From the NCBI GenBank assembly GCA_041619515.1, contig JBFKDW010000011.1, positions 1 to 49,580 of the forward strand: a stretch of 49,580 bases of DNA, read 5' to 3'. The position numbers were made by a program, and so were the translations under genes. The DNA comes from Acidimicrobiia bacterium. Its GTDB lineage: Bacteria > Actinomycetota > Acidimicrobiia > Spongiisociales > SHLN01. Position 1 is the stretch's first letter; every line of letters starts with the position of its first letter. Under the pieces are notes generated by a model. That model had not been told where the DNA came from, did no database searches, and was given only the letters and a program-made list of their open reading frames with translations. Of this stretch, positions 42,517-49,580 are shown in pieces.

Positions 42517-42999
42517 ATGGCTGTCCGTAGGGTCCGGCGGGTCTTGCGAAAGATCGACCCGTGGACCGTCCTCAAAGTTTCGATCATCTTCAACCTGATC
42601 ATCGTCATGGCGATATCCATCGGCATCGCCATCGCCTGGTCATTGCTGCGCAACAGCGGGATCCCGGATTCGATCATCGATTCGATCAACGACCTGGCGA
42701 TATTCGAGGAAGACATCAGCCTCGACGGGCCGTCCTACTTCCGGGTCATGGTCTTCTTCAGCATCGTCTCGACCATCCTGCTCACCGGCTTCGCCACGCT
42801 CTCGGCGGTGTTCTACAACCTGATTTCCGATGTCGTGGGCGGCGTTGAGTTCGTGGTCCTCGAAGAGGTTCTCGAGATGCCGCGTGCCACACCAACGGTG
42901 CGACCCAGCCGCACCCGCACCGAGACACCGCAGGTTCCGTCGCCTCCCAACGGCCCCCTCGTCGAGCTGCCTACCGAGGAATCCCCGGTCACGTCGTAG
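42517..42999 (+). CDS. DUF3566 membrane protein
   Basis: RKIDPWTVLKVS...FYNLISDVVGGVE; conserved position after gyrA in actinobacteria. Confidence 0.88.
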   Translation: MAVRRVRRVLRKIDPWTVLKVSIIFNLIIVMAISIGIAIAWSLLRNSGIPDSIIDSINDLAIFEEDISLDGPSYFRVMVFFSIVSTILLTGFATLSAVFYNLISDVVGGVEFVVLEEVLEMPRATPTVRPSRTRTETPQVPSPPNGPLVELPTEESPVTS

Positions 43000-43094
43000 C
43001 CGCGGCGCATCCGGTCGCGGCTCGACGATCCACAGGAGGCGGGTAGAAACGCCGCCCGAGCATCTAGCCTGAGTGGCCTCTACAAGGAGGTTCC

Positions 43095-44612
43095 GTGGAC
43101 ACTGCGACGATCTTGCACCGACTCGGCCTTGACGGAACCAGCAGCGGTGTCTACGCAGCCGGCTGGCAGGACGCGACCGGTGAGGAGCTGTCCTCCATCA
43201 ACCCTGCGACGGGTGACATGATCGGAACGGTCACCACGGCGACGGAGCGGGAGTACGACGCGGTGGCCGCCAACGCGGTCGAGACCTTTCGAGAGTGGCG
43301 CATGCTCCCGGCGCCAAAACGCGGTGACTACGTCCGGCAGATCGGCAACGCTCTGCGCGACATGAAGCACGAGCTCGGAATGCTGGTCAGCCTCGAGTCG
43401 GGCAAGATACTCGCCGAGGGCGAGGGCGAAGTGCAGGAGATGATCGACATCGCCGACTTCGCCGTCGGCCTCTCCCGGCAGTTGTACGGGTTGACGATGG
43501 CGAGCGAGCGGCCACGGCACCGCATGTATGAGCAATGGCACCCGCTCGGCCCGTGCGGGATCATCTCCGCCTTCAACTTCCCGGTGGCGGTGTGGTCGTG
43601 GAACGCCTTCATCGCGGCCGTGTGCGGCGACACGAACATCTGGAAGCCATCACTGCGGACACCACTGTCGGCGGTGGCGGTCACCCGGATCTGCCATGAG
43701 GTCATGCACGGCTCCGGCTTCGAGGGCGTTTTCAATCTGGCGATCGGCACCGACGAGCAGGTCGGGCACAGCCTCGTCAACGACGAGCGGGTGCCGCTCA
43801 TCTCGGCGACCGGGAGCTGCAACATGGGCCGCATCGTCGGCCCGGCCGTGCTCAAGCGCATGGGCCGGCCGCTCCTGGAACTGGGCGGCAACAACGCCAT
43901 CCTGGTGATGGACGACGCCGATCTCGATCTCGCCACGAGAGCGGCGACGTTCGCCGCGGTCGGCACCGCCGGCCAGCGTTGCACCAGCCTGCGCCGGCTG
44001 CTGGTCCACTCGGACGTCGTGGACGAGATGACCGCCCGGCTCATCGACGTCTACAAGCAGGTGCGCATCGGTGATCCGCTCGAAGAACAGACCCTGATGG
44101 GGCCGCTCATCAGCGAGGGAGCCGTCGAACAGATGATGACGGTGCTCGAGATCGCCCAGGAGCAGGGGGGCGAGATCGTCTACGGCGGCAACCGTCTCGA
44201 CAGCCTTCCCGGGAACTTCGTGGAGCCCACCCTGGTGCGAATCGCCAAGGATGCCGCCATCGTGCAGGAGGAGACCTTCGCACCCGTGCTTTGGATCATC
44301 GAGGTGGGCGACCTCGAGGAGGGAATCGAGGTGCACAACGGGGTCAGGCAAGGCCTGTCCTCGGCGATCTTCACCGAATCCCTTCGCAATGCCGAGACGT
44401 TCCTGTCGGCGCTCGGATCCGACTGCGGCATCGCCAACGTCAACATCGGCACTTCAGGGGCCGAGATCGGGGGAGCCTTCGGCGGCGAGAAGGAGACCGG
44501 CGGCGGCCGGGAGGCGGGAAGCGACTCCTGGAAGGCGTATATGCGCCGCCAGACCACGACCATCAACTGGGGCGGCGAGCTTCCCCTGGCGCAGGGGATC
44601 GAGTTCGTGTGA
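43095..44612 (+). CDS. Aldehyde dehydrogenase family 7 (aminoadipate-semialdehyde/P6C dehydrogenase-like)
   Basis: GEVQEMIDIADFAVGLSRQLYG, SAFNFPVAVW, LELGGNNA, GTAGQRCT, GAEIGGAFGGEKETGGGREAGSDSWK. Confidence 0.92.
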   Translation: MDTATILHRLGLDGTSSGVYAAGWQDATGEELSSINPATGDMIGTVTTATEREYDAVAANAVETFREWRMLPAPKRGDYVRQIGNALRDMKHELGMLVSLESGKILAEGEGEVQEMIDIADFAVGLSRQLYGLTMASERPRHRMYEQWHPLGPCGIISAFNFPVAVWSWNAFIAAVCGDTNIWKPSLRTPLSAVAVTRICHEVMHGSGFEGVFNLAIGTDEQVGHSLVNDERVPLISATGSCNMGRIVGPAVLKRMGRPLLELGGNNAILVMDDADLDLATRAATFAAVGTAGQRCTSLRRLLVHSDVVDEMTARLIDVYKQVRIGDPLEEQTLMGPLISEGAVEQMMTVLEIAQEQGGEIVYGGNRLDSLPGNFVEPTLVRIAKDAAIVQEETFAPVLWIIEVGDLEEGIEVHNGVRQGLSSAIFTESLRNAETFLSALGSDCGIANVNIGTSGAEIGGAFGGEKETGGGREAGSDSWKAYMRRQTTTINWGGELPLAQGIEFV

Positions 44613-44616
44613 CCGC

Positions 44617-45387
44617 CTAGGCAGGCGTGGTCTCGTGGAAGCTGGCGACGTCGAGCCCTGAGGCGAGCGCTCGATCCAGGTAGGCGGTTGGTGCCGCCGC
44701 CGCCCACTGGCGGCCGGGATGGTAGGCGTGCTGGGCGGCCGGCACGGTGGGGGCGGCTAGGGCGATGGCGGCGAGATACGGCCGGTGGTCGGCGGTGCCG
44801 ACGATCGTTCGTTGCACGCCGTCGCCCAGAGCTCCCGAGACCTGGGCCATCGCTCCGGCCCATTCCCCGTCCACCGGCGCTTCGAACGCCACGACCGGGA
44901 TGTTGCGGGTAGTCCATCCTTGCGGCTCGACCTTTTTGGCCCATAGCGAACCGACCGGCCCGGGAAAGGGGATCGGCTCGCCCCGGCGGCGGGGCCGTCC
45001 CCGCACCGTCCAGGCCAACCTCACTTCGAGCGGTTCGTCCATGAGGGCGGCTTCCTGCATGGCGAGGCTGACGGCGATGCCGGTCTCGATGTTGGCGCCA
45101 ACTACCAGGCTCAAACCCGCCTCCGAGAACTCCCGGCCCGGCTCGCCCCCCCAGCTCTCCGTCGTGACCAGTGATGCCCCGGCCTCGAGACAGCGGTGGG
45201 CGAGCTCGTCTGGCTCGTGACGATCGGTGACCACCACCGCAATTCCGTCGAGGCTCTCGACCATGCGGGTGCGGGGCGGGTGCTCGGTGACGCCCCAGGC
45301 GACCGCCTCGGTCACGCTCGGCTCGGCTTGCAGAATGCGCAACGCGCGGCGCCCGGTTTCACCGACGGGATGAACTGCGACGTTCAC
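44617..45387 (-). CDS. Hypothetical protein, divergent saccharopine-dehydrogenase-like Rossmann fold
   Basis: VAVHPVGETGRRAL (degenerate dinucleotide loop), CLEAGASLV, AGLSLVVGA...G, FPGPVG. GTG start overlaps the upstream small ORF stop. Confidence 0.55.
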   Translation of the reverse strand: MNVAVHPVGETGRRALRILQAEPSVTEAVAWGVTEHPPRTRMVESLDGIAVVVTDRHEPDELAHRCLEAGASLVTTESWGGEPGREFSEAGLSLVVGANIETGIAVSLAMQEAALMDEPLEVRLAWTVRGRPRRRGEPIPFPGPVGSLWAKKVEPQGWTTRNIPVVAFEAPVDGEWAGAMAQVSGALGDGVQRTIVGTADHRPYLAAIALAAPTVPAAQHAYHPGRQWAAAAPTAYLDRALASGLDVASFHETTPA

Positions 45388-45509
45388 CGTTGACGCGGCT
45401 GCCAGGCGCCGTGATGGGCGGGAGGCTTGACCGGGCGTGAGCGCGCCCACAACGCCCCGAGCACGGCAGCTGCAGCCGCAAGGAGAACCGACAATCGTTT
45501 GGCGTCCAC
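45384..45509 (-). CDS. 41-aa single-TM small protein
   Basis: MDAKRLSVLLAAAAAVLGALWARSRPVKPPAHHGAWQPRQR. TACACT -10 lies 6 nt before the GTG; GTGA overlap with the downstream gene. Confidence 0.6.
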   Translation of the reverse strand: MDAKRLSVLLAAAAAVLGALWARSRPVKPPAHHGAWQPRQR

Positions 45510-45544
45510 GTGCGGAGTGTAGAGCCAGTCGGGTAGGCTTTCGT

Positions 45545-45655
45545 CGACACGAACCGCCGGGGTCTCCCCGAGCGCAAGAGCGAAGTCCGGTTGGAATCCG
45601 GCGCTGTCCCGCAACTGTGAAGCCCGCCAGGGATGAGCCAGGTCGCCTGCCCCGG
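45545..45655 (+). ncRNA. Cobalamin riboswitch
   Basis: AAGAGCGAAGTCCGGTTGGAATCCGGCGCTGTCCCGCAACTGTGA...GAGCCAGGTCGCCTGCC B12-box pattern, after a TAGGCT -10 and before a BtuF-like gene. Confidence 0.88.
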
Positions 45656-45736
45656 CCGGAGTGGATAGCTCTCGAGAGAAGGGTGACCCGCATCAAACCG
45701 GCTCACCGTCCTTTCCGACGCGAAAGGCGGATTCAC

Positions 45737-46735
45737 ATGCGCAGGAGCGCACTTCTCCTGGTGGCGTTCGGCCTCGTGCTCGTCGCCTGCCGGCCCTCGA
45801 CCCCGGCGCCGACCACGTCGGAGACGGCGTTGGATGCGACCGCAACCACGCTGCCGTCGATCCCACCGACCACGGTGTCGGCGGCCACCACCTCGTCGAC
45901 GGTGGGGGAGGGAGCCAGCGGATTTCCGGTGACGGTCGACTCGGATCTCGGTCCCGTGACGTTCCAGACCGCGCCGCGCCGCGTCGTCTCGCTGTCGGCC
46001 ACCCACACGGAGATGCTCTATGCCATCGGGGCCGGCGACCGGGTGGTCGCAACCGATCTGACGTCGAACTTCCCGGCTGCTGCCCGCGACACCGTCAAGC
46101 TCGACTCCTTCAACTTCAACATCGAGGAGGTTGCCGCCCTCGAACCGGATCTCGTGATCGTGGCCTTTGACTTCCAGGGGGAACCCGAGGCCCTCGCCGC
46201 CCTCGACATCCCCTTCCTGCTGCTCGGTCCTCCCGACACTCTGGAAGGTGCTTTCGCCCAGTTGCTCAATGTGGGCAAGGCAACCGGACGCGCCGGGCGG
46301 GCGGGCGCACTGGCGGAGGAGCTCTCGGCAGAAGTCGGCCGCATTGTGGCCGCGGCCGATTCCCTCGGTGGGGCGAGGATCTTCCACGAGGTGGACGACA
46401 CCCTGTTCACAGCCTCATCGGAGTCTTTCATCGGCGACATCTACGCCAGGCTCGGCCTCGTGAACATCGCCGACGCAGCCGGGGTGGGCGGGCCGTTCTA
46501 CCAGCTCACGCCCGAGTTCATCGTCGATCAGGACCCGGAGTTCATCTTCCTGGCGGACGCCAACTTCGGGGTCACCCCCGAGGCGGTGGCGGCCCGGCCG
46601 GGCTGGGAGTCGATCCGGGCGGTAGTCGAGGGCAACATCGTTCCCCTCGACGGGGACGTGGCGGGCCGCTGGGGCCCTCGCACGGTGGACCTCATGCGCG
46701 AGGTATTCGAAGCTTTGCAGGGGCAAGCCCCATGA
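45737..46735 (+). CDS. btuF: Cobalamin ABC transporter substrate-binding lipoprotein (BtuF-like)
   Basis: Lipobox LVAC, PRRVVSLSATHTEMLYAIGAG, LEPDLVI, RWGPR; under a B12 riboswitch. Confidence 0.85.
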   Translation: MRRSALLLVAFGLVLVACRPSTPAPTTSETALDATATTLPSIPPTTVSAATTSSTVGEGASGFPVTVDSDLGPVTFQTAPRRVVSLSATHTEMLYAIGAGDRVVATDLTSNFPAAARDTVKLDSFNFNIEEVAALEPDLVIVAFDFQGEPEALAALDIPFLLLGPPDTLEGAFAQLLNVGKATGRAGRAGALAEELSAEVGRIVAAADSLGGARIFHEVDDTLFTASSESFIGDIYARLGLVNIADAAGVGGPFYQLTPEFIVDQDPEFIFLADANFGVTPEAVAARPGWESIRAVVEGNIVPLDGDVAGRWGPRTVDLMREVFEALQGQAP

Positions 46736-47775
46736 CCGCCGTCATCGCCTCGATTCCTCGAACACGTCCCCGGCTCGGCCCGGTGGTCGTGTCGTCGGCG
46801 GTGCTGACGGTTGCCGCGCTGGCCTCTCTCGTGCTCGGCCCTGCCGGGGTGAGCCCGTGGGGAGCCGTCCTCGAGGTTCTCGACCACATACCGTTCGTGC
46901 GGATCGACTCGGGCTTGTCCGGCCAGGAGGCAGCCATCGTATGGCAGATTCGGGTGCCGCGGCTCGTGCTGGCCGGATTGGTTGGTGCCACCCTGGCCGG
47001 TTCCGGGGCCGCCTACCAGGGGGTATTTCGGAACCCGCTCGCCGATCCCTATTTGCTCGGGGTGGCGGCAGGGGCGGGGCTGGGGGCGACGGCTGCCATC
47101 GTGTGGGGCCTCCCCACCTCGGTCACCGCCCCCTTCGCCTTCACCGGGGCCGTCGTCGCAGTGGTGGCCGCCTATAGCCTCGCCCGACTGGGCGGCCCGC
47201 GACGGAGCGGCGCCACGCTCATTCTGTCCGGGGTGGCCGTGGCGGCCTTCTTCACCGCGCTGCAGACTTATTTGCAGCAGCAGCACGCCGACACCATCCG
47301 CCAGGTGTTCTCGTGGATCCTGGGCAGGCTCGGGACCACCGGTTGGGGGGATGTGCGTACGCTGCTCCCCTACGCCGTCGTCAGCTGGCTGGTGCTCGTC
47401 GCCTACCGGCGCCATCTCGACATCATGGCGGTGGGGGAGGAGGAAGCCTCGACCCTGGGGATCGACCCCGCCCGGGTGCGGCTGGCGGTGGTGGCGGCGG
47501 CCACACTGGGCGCGGCCGCTGCGGTCGCAGTGAGCGGCCTCATTGCCTTCGTCGGCATCATCGTTCCCCACATCGTGCGCCTCGCCGTCGGCTCGTCCCA
47601 CCGCATCCTGATCCCCGTGTCCTTCATAGGGGGCGCCGCGTTCTTGATGGTGGCCGATCTCACCGCCCGGACGGTTCAATCGGGTGGAGAGCTGCCCATC
47701 GGGGTGGTGACCGCGTTCGTGGGAGCGCCCTTCTTCGCATTCATACTCGCTACCCGCCGGGAGGTGGCGGCGTGA
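46732..47775 (+). CDS. btuC: FecCD/BtuC family permease
   Basis: IRVPR, QGVFRNPLADPYLLG, GEEEASTLG, IAFVGIIVPH, ELPIGVVTA.VGAPFF. Confidence 0.88.
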   Translation: MTAVIASIPRTRPRLGPVVVSSAVLTVAALASLVLGPAGVSPWGAVLEVLDHIPFVRIDSGLSGQEAAIVWQIRVPRLVLAGLVGATLAGSGAAYQGVFRNPLADPYLLGVAAGAGLGATAAIVWGLPTSVTAPFAFTGAVVAVVAAYSLARLGGPRRSGATLILSGVAVAAFFTALQTYLQQQHADTIRQVFSWILGRLGTTGWGDVRTLLPYAVVSWLVLVAYRRHLDIMAVGEEEASTLGIDPARVRLAVVAAATLGAAAAVAVSGLIAFVGIIVPHIVRLAVGSSHRILIPVSFIGGAAFLMVADLTARTVQSGGELPIGVVTAFVGAPFFAFILATRREVAA

Positions 47776-48548
47776 GCGGTGTGAGCGGCCGTGGGGTTAC
47801 GGTTCGCTACAACGGCACCCAGGTGCTCGATGGTATCGACCTCGAGGTCGCGCCCGGGGAATGGCTGGTTGTGGTCGGCCCGAACGGCGCCGGCAAGACG
47901 ACCCTGCTCCGGGCATTGGCAGGGGTCATCCCGGCCGGCGGTGACATCGTGCTGGGAGACCGGCGACTTCCCGACATGCGCCGCCGTGAGATCGCCGCCC
48001 GGGTGGCGGTGGTACCGCAGGCCCCGATCATTCCGGACGGCATCGCGGTGTTCGACTACGTGATGCTCGGCCGGACCCCCTATATCCCGTATTGGGGCAT
48101 GGACGGCCCGGCAGACCGCGAACGGGTCGCCGGTGTCCTCGAGCGCCTCGATCTCGCCGATTTCGCAGGACGGCGGGTGTCAACCCTGTCCGGCGGCGAG
48201 CGGCAGCGGGCGGTGCTGGCGCGGGCTTTGGCGCAGGATGCTGCGGTGCTGCTGCTCGATGAGCCAACCACGGCACTGGACCTGGGCCACCAGCAGCAGG
48301 TTCTCGAGCTGGTGGACGGGCTGCGCCATGAGGCCGGGCTGGTGGTGATCAGCACGCTCCACGACCTCACCTTTGCCGCCCAATTCGGCGACCGGGTGAT
48401 GCTCCTGGTGGCCGGTGGCGTGGTCTCGGAGGGAGCGCCGGGCGATGTGCTGCGGGCGGACACCGTGTCCCGGCACTTCGGCGCGGCCGTGAAGGTGATC
48501 GAGGGCCCGGACGGGCCGGTGGTTCTGCCGGTCCGATCCCGCCGCTAG
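47772..48548 (+). CDS. btuD: FepC/BtuD family ABC ATPase
   Basis: GPNGAGKT, LSGGERQR, LLLDEPTTALD, LHDL; GTGA overlap. Confidence 0.88.
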   Translation: MSGVSGRGVTVRYNGTQVLDGIDLEVAPGEWLVVVGPNGAGKTTLLRALAGVIPAGGDIVLGDRRLPDMRRREIAARVAVVPQAPIIPDGIAVFDYVMLGRTPYIPYWGMDGPADRERVAGVLERLDLADFAGRRVSTLSGGERQRAVLARALAQDAAVLLLDEPTTALDLGHQQQVLELVDGLRHEAGLVVISTLHDLTFAAQFGDRVMLLVAGGVVSEGAPGDVLRADTVSRHFGAAVKVIEGPDGPVVLPVRSRR

Positions 48549-49580
48549 CGCCGCCGTCGGCCCTTCTTGGTGCCGGACTTGTCGAATTGCACCTTGGAGC
48601 GGATCCGGTCGACCGCCTCCTGAGCGTCCTTGGAGGCGGTGCGGGCGTTGTCGAGGATCTGCTCGGCCTCGGCGGTGATGGCCGCGGCCTGTTCACGGGC
48701 GCTGCGGAGAATGTGCTCGGCATCCCGGTTGGCATTGTCGAGCATCGCCTCGCGCTGTGCGATCGTCTTCAGCTTGCGTTCTGCTTCGGCATGCTTCTCG
48801 GCCGCCTCTTGCTGGAGCTTCTCGGCGGCGAGCTGCGCCTGGTCCACGATCGCCTTTGCTTCCTGTTTGACGGGTGCCAGCCCTTTGCGGATCTCGGCCG
48901 CATCAAGCTCGGCAGATTTCCGGTCGGCCTCGCCTTTGGCGCGGATCTGGGCGGCCTCTTCCTCGGCTTGGCGGCGGCGTTGCTCCAGGGCCTTTTCGGT
49001 TTCGGCTGTGAGCGTGTTCGCTTCGGCCTCGGCTGCCTTGCGGTCGGCCTCGCCCTGGGAGCGGATGTGAGCGGCCTCTTCCTTCGCCAGGGATAGAGCC
49101 TTCTCGACCTCGCCGGCTGCCCGGTCCCGGGCCGCCTGGCGTTCCGCCTGCGCCTCTTCGATGAGCTTGGCAGCCTCCGCCCGAGCTGCCTCGAGGCTCT
49201 TGGCGGCTTCTGCCTTCAGTCCGTCGGCCTCGGCCTGGGCCGCCTTTCGCAGAGGAGCCACCTCCTTCTCGGCTGCCGCCGTCGCCTTCTCGAGCGCCAT
49301 CTCCGACTGCTTGCGTGCCTTCTCGGCCGCCACCCGATCCTTCTGGGCGTCTGCGGTGATTTTGGCCGCTTCAGCGGCCGCCTTGTCCCGAACCGACTGG
49401 GCCTCACGTTCGGCATCCTCGTGAGCGGTGGCGAACACTTGCTCGGCCTTTTGACGGAGCGTCTCGGTCTCGGTTCGCAGCCGGGCGATGTCGGCGTCGG
49501 CTTCGGCGCGTGCCTGGGCGCGGGTATGTTCGGCTTCCTGGAGGACCTCGGCGGCGGCCGCCCGTATCCGCCCTGCCTCC
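48545..49580 (-). CDS. Ala/Glu-rich long coiled-coil protein (Scy/DivIVA-like), partial; 5' end beyond the window
   Basis: Frame stays open to the window edge (EAGRIRAAAAEVLQEAEHTRAQARAEADADIARLR...); repeated A..EA..I...A pattern; basic C-terminal tail. Confidence 0.75.
   Translation of the reverse strand, partial: EAGRIRAAAAEVLQEAEHTRAQARAEADADIARLRTETETLRQKAEQVFATAHEDAEREAQSVRDKAAAEAAKITADAQKDRVAAEKARKQSEMALEKATAAAEKEVAPLRKAAQAEADGLKAEAAKSLEAARAEAAKLIEEAQAERQAARDRAAGEVEKALSLAKEEAAHIRSQGEADRKAAEAEANTLTAETEKALEQRRRQAEEEAAQIRAKGEADRKSAELDAAEIRKGLAPVKQEAKAIVDQAQLAAEKLQQEAAEKHAEAERKLKTIAQREAMLDNANRDAEHILRSAREQAAAITAEAEQILDNARTASKDAQEAVDRIRSKVQFDKSGTKKGRRRR

Noticed and set aside
45437..45736. 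N-terminal extensions in the ORF track for btuF (45437) and the opposite-strand ORF (to 45696)
   Set aside because: The region holds the riboswitch, divergent promoters and the small ORF; better starts are 45737 and 45387.

Overview
High-GC actinobacterial chromosome segment spanning the replication origin. Gene content and order suggest Acidimicrobiia or a relative (inference). The core is the conserved origin neighbourhood: cca ... NUDIX ... pseudokinase-sigM-anti-sigma-trxB-trxA-cwlM >< parB-parA-rsmG(with parS)-jag-yidC-yidD-rnpA-rpmH <> dnaA-oriC-dnaN-recF-dciA-gyrB-gyrA-DUF3566. The left flank has a class V aminotransferase (partial), a DUF4389 protein, an lhr-nei repair operon, an FtsX/MacB-type ABC transporter, pepP, small unknown genes, argGH, an orphan pilT-family ATPase and an HDAC-family deacetylase. 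The right flank has an ALDH7-type dehydrogenase, a saccharopine-dehydrogenase-like gene, a cobalamin riboswitch with a btuFCD-like transporter, and a partial coiled-coil protein. I saw no CRISPR, tRNA, rRNA, prophage or IS element. Most of the window is housekeeping. The best candidates for something undescribed are: (1) a structured leader/uORF translationally coupled to a NUDIX-GNAT operon and facing a deacetylase, inside a remodelled locus with no murJ; (2) the matching MurJ-less pseudokinase/CwlM/SigM module; (3) a minimal nucleotidyltransferase beside a tandem-HTH protein; (4) an rnpA with no canonical start codon. All are hypotheses from reading the sequence by eye.
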